64,000 bases of DNA from an uncultured Bordetella sp. (GTDB lineage: Bacteria; Pseudomonadota; Gammaproteobacteria; Burkholderiales; Burkholderiaceae_A). Position numbers and translations under genes: made by a program. The notes under the pieces were generated by a model. It saw nothing but the letters and a program-made list of their open reading frames with translations, was not told the origin of the DNA and did not search any database. The stretch spans positions 420-64,419 of the forward strand of contig CAYXRY010000008.1 of NCBI GenBank assembly GCA_964467545.1, read 5' to 3'. Positions 53,096 through 63,579 of this stretch are shown here, one piece after another (position 1 is the first letter of the stretch; each line of letters begins with the position of its first letter).

Positions 53096-54556
53096 ATGGC
53101 CGCCCTTAAACCCTCTCTCGGCCTTCGCACCTCGCAACAACTGGCGCTGACGCCGCAGCTGCAGCAGTCGATTCGGCTGTTGCAAATGTCGACGGCCGAT
53201 CTCGAGCAGGAGGTGGATCGGTTTCTTCACGAAAATCCACTGCTCGAAATGGCAGAGCCCGCGTCCAGCCCAGAGACGCCCGGCCCAGACGACGGCCCAC
53301 CTGATGCTACCGATCGGGCAGATGAGGGCCTGGCCGGCTCGGCTGAGAGCTGGTCCTCGGGTGGGTCGCGGGCCCACAACGATGATGATGACTGGTGGGA
53401 GTCACAACAGAGTCAGCCCATCAGCCTGCGGCAACATCTGCGCGAGCAGGCCCACAGCTTGAAATTGTCGGACCGCGATCGCGCCTGGCTCGACACATTG
53501 ATTGAATCCTTGGATGACGACGGCTATCTGCGTGACAGTCTGGAGGAGCTCGAAGAAAGCGTGGCGGATTTGTTTTCAGAGATGTTCGGCGAACGATTGG
53601 ATGCCGATGAAATCGCGCTCGGGCTAAAACTTTTACAAAGCCTCGATCCTCGCGGAGTCGGAGCGCGAACACTGCAAGAGTGCCTTTTGCTACAGCTGGC
53701 GCCCCGGAATCATGAAGCGGATCCCGATGCAGAGGACTCTGATGGCCCATGCCGGGCGCTGGCCACGAGCATTGTGAGCGATATGACCCACCTCAATGCC
53801 CTCGGCGCCAAAGATTTCAATGGGCTGTGTCAGGCGCTTCGCTGTGACAAAGAAGCGCTCAAAGCATCGATGCAGTTGATTCAGCAGCTCAATCCAAAGC
53901 CCGGCGCTGACTTCATGGAAGATGCGGCCGAATCCATCGTGCCGGATGTCATCGCTTATCGGCTCGGCACTCGAGGAGGGGGCGGCCGATGGCAGGTGCG
54001 GCTCAATGAATCCGCCGTGCCACGGCTCTGCATCAATCCACTGTATGCCGAACTCATTCGTCAGGAGCGGGCCAGCAGCATGACGGCCCAGCTGCAAGAG
54101 GCCCGCTGGGTCATCAAAAATATTCAACAACGCTTCGACACGATTTTGCGTGTCTCGCAGGCGATCGCCATTGAGCAGCAGGCGTTTTTCGAGCAAGGTG
54201 AAATCGCGATGCGTCCGCTGGTGCTGCGAGAAATCGCCGAGCGCTGCGAGCTCCACGAATCGACGGTCTCGCGCGTGACCACCAACAAATACATGCTCAC
54301 GCCCCGCGGCACCTTCGAGCTGAAATACTTCTTTACCAGCCATGTCCGGACCGAGGGCGGGGGGGCCGCCTCCTCGACCGCCCTACAGGCGAAGATCCGG
54401 CAATGGATTGCCGAGGAGGACCCACGGCGGCCCCTGTCCGATCAGCAGATTTCAGACCGCTTTTCCGCAGAAGGCATTCAAGTTGCGCGGCGCACGATTG
54501 CAAAGTATCGGGAAGCGCTCAGAATTGACCCCGTCAGCCAACGTAAAAAACTCTAA
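53096..54556 (+). CDS. rpoN: RNA polymerase sigma-54 factor
   Basis: LTPQLQQSIRLLQ, HESTVSR, RpoN box ARRTIAKYRE. Confidence 0.97.
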   Translation: MAALKPSLGLRTSQQLALTPQLQQSIRLLQMSTADLEQEVDRFLHENPLLEMAEPASSPETPGPDDGPPDATDRADEGLAGSAESWSSGGSRAHNDDDDWWESQQSQPISLRQHLREQAHSLKLSDRDRAWLDTLIESLDDDGYLRDSLEELEESVADLFSEMFGERLDADEIALGLKLLQSLDPRGVGARTLQECLLLQLAPRNHEADPDAEDSDGPCRALATSIVSDMTHLNALGAKDFNGLCQALRCDKEALKASMQLIQQLNPKPGADFMEDAAESIVPDVIAYRLGTRGGGGRWQVRLNESAVPRLCINPLYAELIRQERASSMTAQLQEARWVIKNIQQRFDTILRVSQAIAIEQQAFFEQGEIAMRPLVLREIAERCELHESTVSRVTTNKYMLTPRGTFELKYFFTSHVRTEGGGAASSTALQAKIRQWIAEEDPRRPLSDQQISDRFSAEGIQVARRTIAKYREALRIDPVSQRKKL

Positions 54557-54573
54557 ACCGAGGAGGTAGGACC

Positions 54574-54909
54574 ATGCATCTGACCGTCAAAGGGCACCAT
54601 ATCGACATCACCGAGGCGATCCGCAACTATGTGGACCAGAAATTCGGCAGGACTTGGCGGCACTTTGATCATGTCAACGAGGTCCACGTGGTACTTGGCG
54701 TTCAGAAGCTCAACCAGATCGCTGAGGTCACCGTCCACCTGCCGGGCAAGGATGTCCACTGCGAGGCCAGCCATGCGGACCTCTATGCGGCCATTGATCT
54801 GCTGGCCGATAAGCTGGACCGGCAGGTCGTCCGGTATAAGGAGACGCATCGGCCGGGGGTCCACCGGGGCCAGGGCGCGGACGCCCGGCTCGCCACCAGA
54901 CCGGTTTAG
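54574..54909 (+). CDS. hpf: Ribosome hibernation promoting factor
   Basis: GHHIDITEAIRNY, DLYAAIDLLADKLDRQ; follows rpoN. Confidence 0.94.
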   Translation: MHLTVKGHHIDITEAIRNYVDQKFGRTWRHFDHVNEVHVVLGVQKLNQIAEVTVHLPGKDVHCEASHADLYAAIDLLADKLDRQVVRYKETHRPGVHRGQGADARLATRPV

Positions 54910-54963
54910 CGCAGCGCAGCAAAAGATCTATAATCCGGCCTCTCGACTCGACGAGGCGGAGCA

Positions 54964-55428
54964 ATGAACCGCATTAGCCAGCTTTTACCTCTGGCCAACA
55001 TTGCAGTTGGCCAGGAAGCCAGCAGTAAAAAGCGCGTCTTTGAACAGGCAGGGCTTCTTTTTGAAAATAACCAGGGCATCGCTCGGGTCAAAGTCTTCGA
55101 CTCTTTATTTGCCCGCGAGCGGCTTGGGTCCACTGGCCTAGGCGAAGGCATCGCCATTCCGCATGGCCGAATCAAGGGCCTCAAAGAGGCCGTCGCTGCA
55201 CTCATCCGGCTCTCCGAGCCCGTGCCCTTCGATGCGCCCGATGGAAAACCCGTCACCCTATTGTTGTTTCTTCTGGTGCCAGAGCAGGCAACTCAGCAGC
55301 ACCTGGAAATCCTCTCTGAGGTCGCGGAGATGCTTTCCGATCGTCAGATGCGCGATCTGTTGAGCACCGAGACCGACCCGCAGTCTTTGCACCGGGCACT
55401 CGAGGCCTGGCAGCCTGCCCGTGCTTGA
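54964..55428 (+). CDS. ptsN: PTS IIA-Ntr
   Basis: [23 protein letters not shown]. Confidence 0.95.
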   Translation: MNRISQLLPLANIAVGQEASSKKRVFEQAGLLFENNQGIARVKVFDSLFARERLGSTGLGEGIAIPHGRIKGLKEAVAALIRLSEPVPFDAPDGKPVTLLLFLLVPEQATQQHLEILSEVAEMLSDRQMRDLLSTETDPQSLHRALEAWQPARA

Positions 55429-56359
55429 CGTCAAGACCCTCTTTGACGAACACGCGGAGACACTCAAGCTCAGTTTTTTGACGGGACAAGCCGGGGCAGG
55501 CCGAAAGATTGGCGGCCAGTCGACTGAGAGTGCCGACTTGATCGGGCACTTGAATCTGATTCATCCCAACCGAATTCAGATCATGGGCACGCCTGAAGTC
55601 GCCTACTACAACCGTCTGGATCCACAGCGAAAAAACTATCTCACCGCAGAGCTGATTGCGGGCCGACCGCCAGCGATCATCATCGCCGACGATGAGATCC
55701 CCCCCGCAGAATTATTTACAGCCTGCGAACGCGAGGGCCTACCGCTGCTACGAACCACTGTATCGGCAGGCCAGGTGATCGAAATCCTTCGGACGCAGCT
55801 GGCCCGCACGCTGGCCCCACAGACCCAGATGCATGGCGTGTTTATGGATGTGCTGGGCATGGGAGTGCTGATTGCCGGTGAGTCAGGCCTTGGAAAAAGT
55901 GAACTCGGGCTCGAATTGATTACCCGTGGCCACGGACTGATTGCGGATGACGTGGTCGACTTCACTCGGATCGCTCCGGACGCGGTAGAAGGCCGATGCC
56001 CGCCGTTGCTGCAAAACCTGCTGGAGGTTCGCGGCCTGGGCCTATTGGATATTCGCGCGATTTTTGGCGAGACTGCGGTGCGAAGAAAAATGCGGCTGAA
56101 ATTGATTGTCCAGCTGATTCGCCGCAGCGTGATGAATGAATTTGAAAGGCTTCCCCTGGAGGCCATGAATCAAGATGTGATGGGCCTGCCCATCCGCAAG
56201 GTGGTGATTCCGGTTGCTGCAGGCCGTAACTTGGCGGTCCTCGTGGAGGCGGCTGTGCGCAACTCAGTGCTCAGTCTTCGCGGCATCGACACCATGCAGG
56301 AATTCGTTGAACGTCAGCAGGCGGCGATGCAGCAGCCTGCGTCGGACCCAGCGCCATGA
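55421..56359 (+). CDS. hprK: HPr kinase/phosphorylase
   Basis: [35 protein letters not shown]. Confidence 0.96.
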   Translation: MLDVKTLFDEHAETLKLSFLTGQAGAGRKIGGQSTESADLIGHLNLIHPNRIQIMGTPEVAYYNRLDPQRKNYLTAELIAGRPPAIIIADDEIPPAELFTACEREGLPLLRTTVSAGQVIEILRTQLARTLAPQTQMHGVFMDVLGMGVLIAGESGLGKSELGLELITRGHGLIADDVVDFTRIAPDAVEGRCPPLLQNLLEVRGLGLLDIRAIFGETAVRRKMRLKLIVQLIRRSVMNEFERLPLEAMNQDVMGLPIRKVVIPVAAGRNLAVLVEAAVRNSVLSLRGIDTMQEFVERQQAAMQQPASDPAP

Positions 56360-57240
56360 AAATTGTGTTGGTCACCGGCATGTCGGGCTCCGGCAAGTCG
56401 GTGGCCTTGAATGTGCTGGAGGATTCGGGATACTTCTGCATCGACAACCTTCCAGTGGCATTTCTCGGCCAGGCGCTGGCGAGCCTCATGGCCGAAGGCT
56501 TATCGCAGTTGGCTGTTGCAGTCGATGCGCGAACCGCGGGCTCACTGGCCCATCTGTCCAAAAACCTGGAACAGATTCGTAAGGCAGGCCACGATGTGCG
56601 GGTTGTGTTTCTTAATGCCCGCGACGAAATTCTGGTGCAACGCTACTCCGAGACCCGACGTCGCCATCCCTTAAGCCAAAAATTAAATAACGCAACGGTT
56701 TTTGGCGAGGACTCTGTTCAAACACTCATGGACTGCATCGCCCAAGAACGCGAGCTTCTGGCGGATATCGAGCCATTGGGAATTCCCTTGGACACCAGTG
56801 ATCTGCAGCCACAGGTCCTCAGGCGCTGGGTGAAAGAGATTCTCGATCTGGAAAACACGCCGCTGATGGTGTTGTTTCAATCCTTCGCTTTCAAAGACGG
56901 TATTCCGTTGGATGCCGACCTCGTCTTTGATGCGCGCTGTCTTCCCAATCCTCACTATGATGCCCAGCTGAAAGCCCTCAACGGTCGCGACGCGGCAGTG
57001 ATTCAATACCTGCAATCGTTTGATTCGGTCCGCGAAATGATTGATGACATTGCGAGCTATCTCCAGAAGTGGCTGCCTCGGCATGCCGAGGAACATCGTA
57101 GCTACCTCACGGTGGCCATCGGCTGCACGGGCGGCCAGCATCGGTCGGTCTACTGCGCGGACACGCTGTACGAAAAATTCAAACTGGCTTACTCCTGCGC
57201 GGTCCGCCATCGGTCGCTCTCGCGACGGGGTAAAGCCTAG
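56356..57240 (+). CDS. rapZ: RNase adapter RapZ
   Basis: [35 protein letters not shown]. Confidence 0.96.
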   Translation: MKIVLVTGMSGSGKSVALNVLEDSGYFCIDNLPVAFLGQALASLMAEGLSQLAVAVDARTAGSLAHLSKNLEQIRKAGHDVRVVFLNARDEILVQRYSETRRRHPLSQKLNNATVFGEDSVQTLMDCIAQERELLADIEPLGIPLDTSDLQPQVLRRWVKEILDLENTPLMVLFQSFAFKDGIPLDADLVFDARCLPNPHYDAQLKALNGRDAAVIQYLQSFDSVREMIDDIASYLQKWLPRHAEEHRSYLTVAIGCTGGQHRSVYCADTLYEKFKLAYSCAVRHRSLSRRGKA

Positions 57241-58276
57241 CCAATAATCGTTTCACTGGAGCCGGCAGCGGAAGGCTCAGGGCCTCTGGCCAGCCGAATG
57301 GCTTGAGGCCTTTCGGGGCGCCGGCGGGCGCCTTGCGGCCATCGTGCCGAAGCATCGCCACCGAGATCAACATCCGATAGTGCGTCAGGCTGTGACGCAC
57401 CTCGATCACGTGCTGGAGCGCTGTAATGGTTTTATCCCAATCACGAGGAAGCGCATCCGGATCAATGGTCCACGGCAGCCAGAGACTGGGCCAAATCCCA
57501 GCGCTTGGCTGCTGCATGAGCCAGACAGACTGCGCATTCAAACAAACCGCCCAATACAGTTGACGCTGGGGCACGGCGCGCTTGGTCTTCGGCACAGGAT
57601 AGCGATCCACCTCGCCTCGCCGATAGGCCTGGCAGTCCGACGCAACCGGGCAGCGGCTACACTGCGGCGCCTTCGGCCGACAAATCAAGGCGCCGAGGTC
57701 CATGATGGCCTGGGTATAGGCAGGCATATCGCTGCTGTGTTTGGGCAGTCGATCATCGGCCTGCTTCCAGAGAGCGCGCTCCAAGGCAGGGCTGCCCCAG
57801 GGCTGCTCGGCACAGGTCAGCCGGGCCAGCACGCGCTTGACATTGCCATCCAGAATCGCGGCCCGCTCGCCGAATACAGTTGAGGCAATGGCGGCGGCAG
57901 TCGATGGCCCGATTCCGGGCAGCGCGGCAAGGGCCTGAGCCGACTCAGGAAACCGGCCCGCGCGATTCAAGGCAATCTCACGCGCGCAGGCATGTAAATT
58001 CCGGGCCCGACGGTAATAGCCCAATCCCGACCAGAGTGCGAGCACCTCTTGTTCGGTCGCCCCAGCCAGTGCCTGAAGGTTCGGAAAACGTTTGATGAAT
58101 CGATTGAAGTAATCGATGACCGTGGTCACCTGAGTCTGCTGCAGCATGATTTCAGACAGCCAAACGCGATACGGATCGGCAGGCTGGCCCTGCCAGGGCA
58201 GTTCATGGCGGCCATGTCGCCGTTGCCAGCCAATGAGCCGCTGCGCAAAAGCCGACGGTTTACCGCTGGCAGCCAT
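57179..58276 (-). CDS. mutY: A/G-specific adenine glycosylase
   Basis: VWLSEIMLQQTQV, WSGLGYY, LPGIG, DGNVKRV, Fe-S motif C-x6-C-x2-C-x5-C. Confidence 0.96.
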   Translation of the reverse strand: MAASGKPSAFAQRLIGWQRRHGRHELPWQGQPADPYRVWLSEIMLQQTQVTTVIDYFNRFIKRFPNLQALAGATEQEVLALWSGLGYYRRARNLHACAREIALNRAGRFPESAQALAALPGIGPSTAAAIASTVFGERAAILDGNVKRVLARLTCAEQPWGSPALERALWKQADDRLPKHSSDMPAYTQAIMDLGALICRPKAPQCSRCPVASDCQAYRRGEVDRYPVPKTKRAVPQRQLYWAVCLNAQSVWLMQQPSAGIWPSLWLPWTIDPDALPRDWDKTITALQHVIEVRHSLTHYRMLISVAMLRHDGRKAPAGAPKGLKPFGWPEALSLPLPAPVKRLLARLYPVARATDGGPRRSKPV

Positions 58277-59108
58277 GGCAAAAAAATGTGCTGCGCTGTC
58301 CCATCATCAGGCGACGAATGGGCCGGCCACAGCGCTGGCAAGGCTGGCCCTCGCGGCCGTAGACGCAGTGCATCTGGCCATAACGGCCCCGCTCGCCATC
58401 CGGCCCTACGAAACTCTGAATCGAACTGCCGCCACGATCGATCGCCGCCTGCAAAATTCGCTTCACCGCGGCAGCCAGGCGGTCATAGCGCGGACGTGAG
58501 ATCGCCGATGCCTTGCGAAGAGGATGAATTCCTGATTCAAAAAGGGCCTCGCAGGCGTAGATGTTCCCAACACCGACCACGCAGCTGCCTGTCATCAGCC
58601 ACTGCTTCACAGCAAGGCGGCGTCCGCGCGCGCACTCGGCCATCCACCCGCCATCGAACCGCTGATCAAAAGGCTCGCGGCCACTTGAAGCCGCACCGAG
58701 CAGCGCGCCCAGCTCCTTCTGACCAACCTGGTCGCGATCCAGCCACTGCCATGAGCCGAACCGTCGCGGATCACGAAATACAAGCCTTCGGGCCTGCCCG
58801 CGCGTGGATTCAAATTCCAACATCACATGGTCATGCGGGCCCAGGCCTGTATCGCCATCAGTGGAATGCGATAGGGAGCCCGACATGCCGAGATGGACCG
58901 CTATCCACCCCGACTCAAACTCCAACAAAACATATTTCGCGCGTCGTGAGATCGACACAATCTCCGCGCCCACAAGCCGGGCCAGCGCTGTCCGAGGAAA
59001 GGCATGACGAAGCCGTTTGCCGGAGTCGCGAAAACCGCGAAACACGCAGCCAGAGATGGCCTGACGCACGGCGCGGGCAGTCACTTCAACTTCGGGTAAT
59101 TCGGGCAT
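58260..59108 (-). CDS. mutM: Formamidopyrimidine-DNA glycosylase
   Basis: MPELPEVE, RRAKY, HLGMSG, DPRRFG, GVGNIY, C-terminal zinc finger. Confidence 0.97.
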   Translation of the reverse strand: MPELPEVEVTARAVRQAISGCVFRGFRDSGKRLRHAFPRTALARLVGAEIVSISRRAKYVLLEFESGWIAVHLGMSGSLSHSTDGDTGLGPHDHVMLEFESTRGQARRLVFRDPRRFGSWQWLDRDQVGQKELGALLGAASSGREPFDQRFDGGWMAECARGRRLAVKQWLMTGSCVVGVGNIYACEALFESGIHPLRKASAISRPRYDRLAAAVKRILQAAIDRGGSSIQSFVGPDGERGRYGQMHCVYGREGQPCQRCGRPIRRLMMGQRSTFFCHGCQR

Positions 59109-59143
59109 GATATCGGTCAGAAAAACCCAGTGAGTGTAGAGGC

Positions 59144-60151
59144 ATGAGCACGCTTCGGTCCCGATCCATCATTTTGCTACTGAGCATTGGCCTCGTGCTC
59201 GGCGCGACTGAGTCGGCCTGGTCCGCATCCGGCAGAACCATTGACCGCGGCCGCGAGCAGGCAGGCCTGATTTTTCAAATCCTGGCCAGTGAACTGGCCC
59301 TTGCCCAGGGTGATCTTGGCGCTGCAGCCGCCACCTACCTGAGCGTGGCCCGGCAGACCCAAGATCCGGGCGCGGCCCGCCGCGCAACCGAACTCGCCAT
59401 TCAGGCCCGTTTGCCCGAGCGGGCGCAGGAGGCTGCCGCCATTTGGCAGAACGTGGCGCCCAATGATGCGGAGGCCCAGAGCACACTGGATCTGTTGCAC
59501 GTGGTGTTGGGCGAGAATGAAAAATTAATTCGTTCTTTAAGCGCACGCCGTGATCGGGCCATCCAAGATCAGCGGCTGGATGCTTTTTATGAATACCTCG
59601 CCGGACTGGCCAGCCGCGCGCCCAGCAAATCCGATGGCCTAAGAATATTTGATTCGATCAGTCGGCCGGACCAAGAAAAGCCCAATGTGGCTTATACGCT
59701 GGCCATGATGCACGAGAAAGCAGGCCAGCCTCAGATGATGGAAAAAATCTTGCGCGGACTCATCAAACGCGATCCGCAGCATGCTCATGCCCACAATGCA
59801 TTGGGTTATCACTTTGCTGACCGCAATGAGCGACTTGACGAAGCGAAAGCATTGATCGAGCGGGCCCTGGCACTGGCCCCAAATGATGCCCACATCATCG
59901 ACAGCATGGGCTGGGTCTATTTTCGACTCGGCGATCTTGAGCGTGCAGAGCAATATCTTCGGCAGGCGCAACGTCAGCTGCCCGATGCCGAAATTTCCAC
60001 TCACCTGGGTGAAGTGTTGTGGAGCCGCGGACGTCGCGAAGAGGCGGAGTCGATGTTCAGGACGGCCTTTGGCGTCGATCCGAGCAATGAGGTTCTTCTC
60101 AACACGCTCAAGCGCTTGGGCATCTCCCCCGCACGTGTGCACCCCCGTTGA
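59144..60151 (+). CDS. Exported TPR-repeat protein (short version of the gene usually found upstream of lolB)
   Basis: Signal peptide, FQILASELA, ARRATELA, HNALGY, IIDSMGWVYFRLG, HLGEVLW. Confidence 0.88.
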   Translation: MSTLRSRSIILLLSIGLVLGATESAWSASGRTIDRGREQAGLIFQILASELALAQGDLGAAAATYLSVARQTQDPGAARRATELAIQARLPERAQEAAAIWQNVAPNDAEAQSTLDLLHVVLGENEKLIRSLSARRDRAIQDQRLDAFYEYLAGLASRAPSKSDGLRIFDSISRPDQEKPNVAYTLAMMHEKAGQPQMMEKILRGLIKRDPQHAHAHNALGYHFADRNERLDEAKALIERALALAPNDAHIIDSMGWVYFRLGDLERAEQYLRQAQRQLPDAEISTHLGEVLWSRGRREEAESMFRTAFGVDPSNEVLLNTLKRLGISPARVHPR

Positions 60152-60771
60152 GCCCGCTCCTGAGGTCAGCCCGCACCCTGGTGGTGTTGTTTTGTGCCGC
60201 CGCTGGGCTGCTGCTGTCGGGCTGTGCCGCCCCCATCCCGCAGCCGCCAGCTGTGGAGCGTTTCAGTCTCGAGAAGGCGGATGAGCAACTCCGGCTTGCT
60301 CGATCCGGACGATTCATCCTCTCGGTGCAGCATCCGCAATGGGATCAGCGACGTGGCGGCCAGGGCCGATTTGAATGGCTGCAGCTGACTCCCGCCACCG
60401 CGATGCCATCGAATCAGGTTGAGCGGCAACTTCTGATTTGGCTGGGCCCACTTGGCCAGACCCTTGGCAGTCTCGAGCGGCGACTCATCGCCTCACCTGC
60501 AGGGCTACTGAAAGAAAAGCGAATCGAGGCGGTGATTCATGTGTTTGATGCGCAGGGCAGGCCGCTCGATGTCCAGCAGCACTCGTGGATAACACGGGCC
60601 CTTCTTGGCGATACTGTCACGGCGCTCGATGAGGTCGAACTTCGACTCCTGATGCGATCACTGATGGATTCATTTGAAAGCCTTGCGACCTTGGCCTCCG
60701 GCGGCCGCGAGTTTGAGTTCAGCACCCGTCAGCTGGATATCCGACTGAGGGCCGTGCTCGATCCTATCTAA
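60148..60771 (+). CDS. lolB: Divergent LolB-like outer-membrane lipoprotein
   Basis: Lipobox LSGC, SGRF, GRFEW, GPLGQTL; position between the TPR gene and ispE. Confidence 0.6.
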   Translation: MSPLLRSARTLVVLFCAAAGLLLSGCAAPIPQPPAVERFSLEKADEQLRLARSGRFILSVQHPQWDQRRGGQGRFEWLQLTPATAMPSNQVERQLLIWLGPLGQTLGSLERRLIASPAGLLKEKRIEAVIHVFDAQGRPLDVQQHSWITRALLGDTVTALDEVELRLLMRSLMDSFESLATLASGGREFEFSTRQLDIRLRAVLDPI

Positions 60772-60798
60772 GGCATACGTTGCGCACCTGATCAAGTC

Positions 60799-61716
60799 AT
60801 GCAGCCCGACACCTTGACGCTTGAAGCGCCCGCGAAGATCAATTTGTTTTTGCATGTGGTGGGTCAGCGGGGGGATGGCTACCACCTGCTGGAAAGCGCC
60901 TTTGAATTGATCGACTGGTCCGATCGCATCGTGCTCACCACCCGGCCCGACGGTGAGATTCAGCGGTGCGGCGATGTGCTGGGCCCCCCGGCTCTTGATC
61001 TCGCGGTTCGGGCAGCGGCGGCCTTGCAAAAAACGGCTCAGTGGCAGGCGGCAGGCCGACCCGGGGCGAGCATTCAGATCACCAAAACCATCCCGGCGGG
61101 GGCGGGCCTAGGTGGGGGCAGCTCCGATGCAGCCAGCACCCTGTTGGGCTTAAACCATCTCTGGAGGCTGGGGCTGAGCAATCAACAGCTCAGCGAGGTC
61201 GGTCTGGGGCTGGGGGCCGATGTCCCATTTTTTCTTTTCGGCAAAGCAGCGTTCGTGCAAGGCATCGGCGAGCAACTCCAACCCTATGAGAGCTGTCCAC
61301 GCTGGCTCGCGATCGTCGTGCCCGCCTGCCACGTGGGGACTGCGGAGATCTTTGCGGCCCCTGAATTGACACGAAATTCCAAAACTTCGAGAATTGCGGG
61401 CTTCGCCCAAGCAGCCCGACAGCCCGTGTGGGCATTCGGCCGCAACGACCTGCAGGCGGTGACCGCAGCCCGGTTTCCGCAGGTACAGCAGGCCCTGCAG
61501 TGGCTTGAATCGGCTGCCGCCCGCGAAGGAATTGCCCCGGCTGCAGTGCGAATGTCAGGCTCTGGGGGTGCGGTCTTCTGTACCGCCCCAGATGCTCCGA
61601 CGGCCCAACGGCTCGTCGACCGCGTTAGCGCCCTTCAGAGCACTTCGGTGGGACCGTTACCACTGAGGCTGAAGGTCTGCCAGACCCTCATGCGACATCC
61701 GGGTAACGTGTTGTAA
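60799..61716 (+). CDS. ispE: 4-diphosphocytidyl-2-C-methyl-D-erythritol kinase
   Basis: APAKINLFL, IPAGAGLGGGSSDAA, LGADVPFF, MSGSG. Confidence 0.96.
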   Translation: MQPDTLTLEAPAKINLFLHVVGQRGDGYHLLESAFELIDWSDRIVLTTRPDGEIQRCGDVLGPPALDLAVRAAAALQKTAQWQAAGRPGASIQITKTIPAGAGLGGGSSDAASTLLGLNHLWRLGLSNQQLSEVGLGLGADVPFFLFGKAAFVQGIGEQLQPYESCPRWLAIVVPACHVGTAEIFAAPELTRNSKTSRIAGFAQAARQPVWAFGRNDLQAVTAARFPQVQQALQWLESAAAREGIAPAAVRMSGSGGAVFCTAPDAPTAQRLVDRVSALQSTSVGPLPLRLKVCQTLMRHPGNVL

Positions 61717-61721
61717 ACCGT

Positions 61722-61798
61722 TGGGGAGTCGCCAAGTTGGTTAAGGCACCGGATTTTGATTCCGGCATTCGAGGGTTCGAATCCTTCCTCCCCAGCCA
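61722..61798 (+). tRNA. tRNA-Gln (UUG)
   Basis: TGGGGAGTCGCCAAGTTGGTTAAGGCACCGGATTTTGATTCCGGCATTCGAGGGTTCGAATCCTTCCTCCCCAGCCA; anticodon TTG, encoded CCA. Confidence 0.97.
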
Positions 61799-61825
61799 AG
61801 ATTTCTTTGCCCCGAACACTGAAAG

Positions 61826-62806
61826 ATGGTCGACCGCATATTAAATAAAGAAGGCGGTGCCCCCGAGGGGCTCATGATCTTCACCGGCAATGCCAACCCC
61901 AAACTGGCATCCGATGTCGCACGCCATCTCGGCACGCGGCTGGGCAGGGCCACAGTCGCCCAGTTCAGTGATGGCGAATCAACTGTCGAAATTCTTGAGC
62001 ATGTGCGTGGCAAGCATGCCGTGGTCTTGCAATCCACCTGCGCGCCTGCCAATGACCACTTAATGGAAGTCATGCTGATGTGTGACGCGCTGCGTCGGGC
62101 CTCGGCGGAGCGGATCACTGTGGCCATTCCCTATTTTGGCTATGCACGGCAGGATCGACGTGTGCGCTCTTCACGGGTGCCAATCAGCGCCAAGGTCGTG
62201 GCCAATATGTTTCAAACCGTGGGGGTGAGCCGCGTGCTCACCATGGATCTGCACTCTGATCAGATCCAGGGATTTTTTGATATCCCGGTGGATAACGTTT
62301 ACGCCGCACCGATCATTCTGGCCGATGTCTGGCAGCAGACTTATCAGAATTTACTGGTGGTTTCACCCGATGTCGGCGGTGTGGTCCGCGCACGGGCATT
62401 TGCCAAGCAAATGGATTGCGATCTGGCGATTATCGATAAGCGCCGGCCAAAGGCCAATGTGTCAGAGGTCATGAACATCATCGGAGATGTCTCTGGCAGG
62501 ACCTGCATGATCATGGACGACATGGTGGACACTGCCGGTACGTTGACCAAGGCCGCCCAGGCGCTTAAAGACCATGGCGCCGAACGTGTGGTTGCCTACT
62601 GTACGCATGCCGTGCTCTCTGGCGGAGCGGCGGATCGGATCGCCCATTCAGCGCTGGATGAGCTCGTGGTGACGGACTCCATTCCTTTGTCGAAGGAGTC
62701 TCAGGCCACTGGCAGAATTCGGGTCTTGTCCTGTGCCGGATTGTTGGCCGAAACCATTTTAAGAATTGTGAAATCCGACTCAGTCAGCTCTTTGTTTGTT
62801 GAATAG
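61826..62806 (+). CDS. prs: Ribose-phosphate pyrophosphokinase
   Basis: [43 protein letters not shown]. Confidence 0.98.
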   Translation: MVDRILNKEGGAPEGLMIFTGNANPKLASDVARHLGTRLGRATVAQFSDGESTVEILEHVRGKHAVVLQSTCAPANDHLMEVMLMCDALRRASAERITVAIPYFGYARQDRRVRSSRVPISAKVVANMFQTVGVSRVLTMDLHSDQIQGFFDIPVDNVYAAPIILADVWQQTYQNLLVVSPDVGGVVRARAFAKQMDCDLAIIDKRRPKANVSEVMNIIGDVSGRTCMIMDDMVDTAGTLTKAAQALKDHGAERVVAYCTHAVLSGGAADRIAHSALDELVVTDSIPLSKESQATGRIRVLSCAGLLAETILRIVKSDSVSSLFVE

Positions 62807-62824
62807 TTTTCGTGCCTTTTCTTT

Positions 62825-62893
62825 TTTTCGGATTGCTGGTCGCGGCAGCCGCTGAATCGAAAAGGATTTTTGACCGGCAGCCTACGGGCTGCC
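62825..62893 (+). promoter_or_regulatory. Structured rplY 5' leader (candidate L25 autoregulatory element)
   Basis: TGCT-GGTCGC-GGCA hairpin inside TTTTCG(G)ATT...AATCGAAAA, then the perfect hairpin GGCAGCC-TACG-GGCTGCC. Confidence 0.55.
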
Positions 62894-62912
62894 ACCTGTG
62901 AAGGAGTAGTTC

Positions 62913-63557
62913 ATGAAAGTTGTTGCCAATTCCCGTGCGGTGCAAGGATCGGGTGCGAGCCGCCGTCTTCGCCGTGACGGTAAAGTGCCCGGCATTATTT
63001 ATGGTGCCAAAAAATCGCCCATCAACATCGAGATCGATCACAACCCTCTGCTGCTGGCATTGAAGGTCGAGTCGTTTCATTCCTCGATTCTGGATCTTGA
63101 GCTCGATGGGAAATCAGAGCAGGTACTGCTGCGCGATTACCAGATGCACCCCTACAAGCCCGTGGTCCTGCATGTTGATTTCCAGCGTATTGATGTCAAC
63201 CAGAAATTGCAGACCAAGGTGCCCCTGCACTTTAAGAATCAGGACATCTCCCCGGCCGTCAAACTCTCGGGCGGTATCGTGAGCCACGTGCTGACCGATG
63301 TGCTGATCTCGTGCTTGCCGAAAGACCTGCCTGAGTTCATCGAGGTCGATCTGGCAACGCTGTCGGTCGGCCATTCTCTGCATGTGCGTGATCTGGTCAT
63401 GCCGGCTGGCGTCTCTCTGGTGCTGCACACCGGAGAGAACCCCACTGTGGTGACTGCATCCGTGCCAGGCGGTAGCGCGGAAGAGGAGGCCCCGACTGCT
63501 GAGGCCGCTCCTGCTGCTGAAGCAAAATCTGCCGAGAAGTCCGAAAAGAAAGACTGA
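62913..63557 (+). CDS. rplY: 50S ribosomal protein L25 / general stress protein Ctc
   Basis: [44 protein letters not shown]. Confidence 0.97.
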   Translation: MKVVANSRAVQGSGASRRLRRDGKVPGIIYGAKKSPINIEIDHNPLLLALKVESFHSSILDLELDGKSEQVLLRDYQMHPYKPVVLHVDFQRIDVNQKLQTKVPLHFKNQDISPAVKLSGGIVSHVLTDVLISCLPKDLPEFIEVDLATLSVGHSLHVRDLVMPAGVSLVLHTGENPTVVTASVPGGSAEEEAPTAEAAPAAEAKSAEKSEKKD

Positions 63558-63579
63558 TGATTCAGGCCAGAGGGTCTGA

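Noticed and set aside
57179..57240. 62-bp convergent overlap of rapZ and mutY
   Set aside because: Explained by a variable MutY tail in a compact genome; no further signal
58049..59110. 353-aa plus-strand ORF opposite mutM/mutY, and similar long antisense ORFs elsewhere
   Set aside because: Arg/Pro/Ala-rich shadow ORFs typical of GC-rich coding DNA
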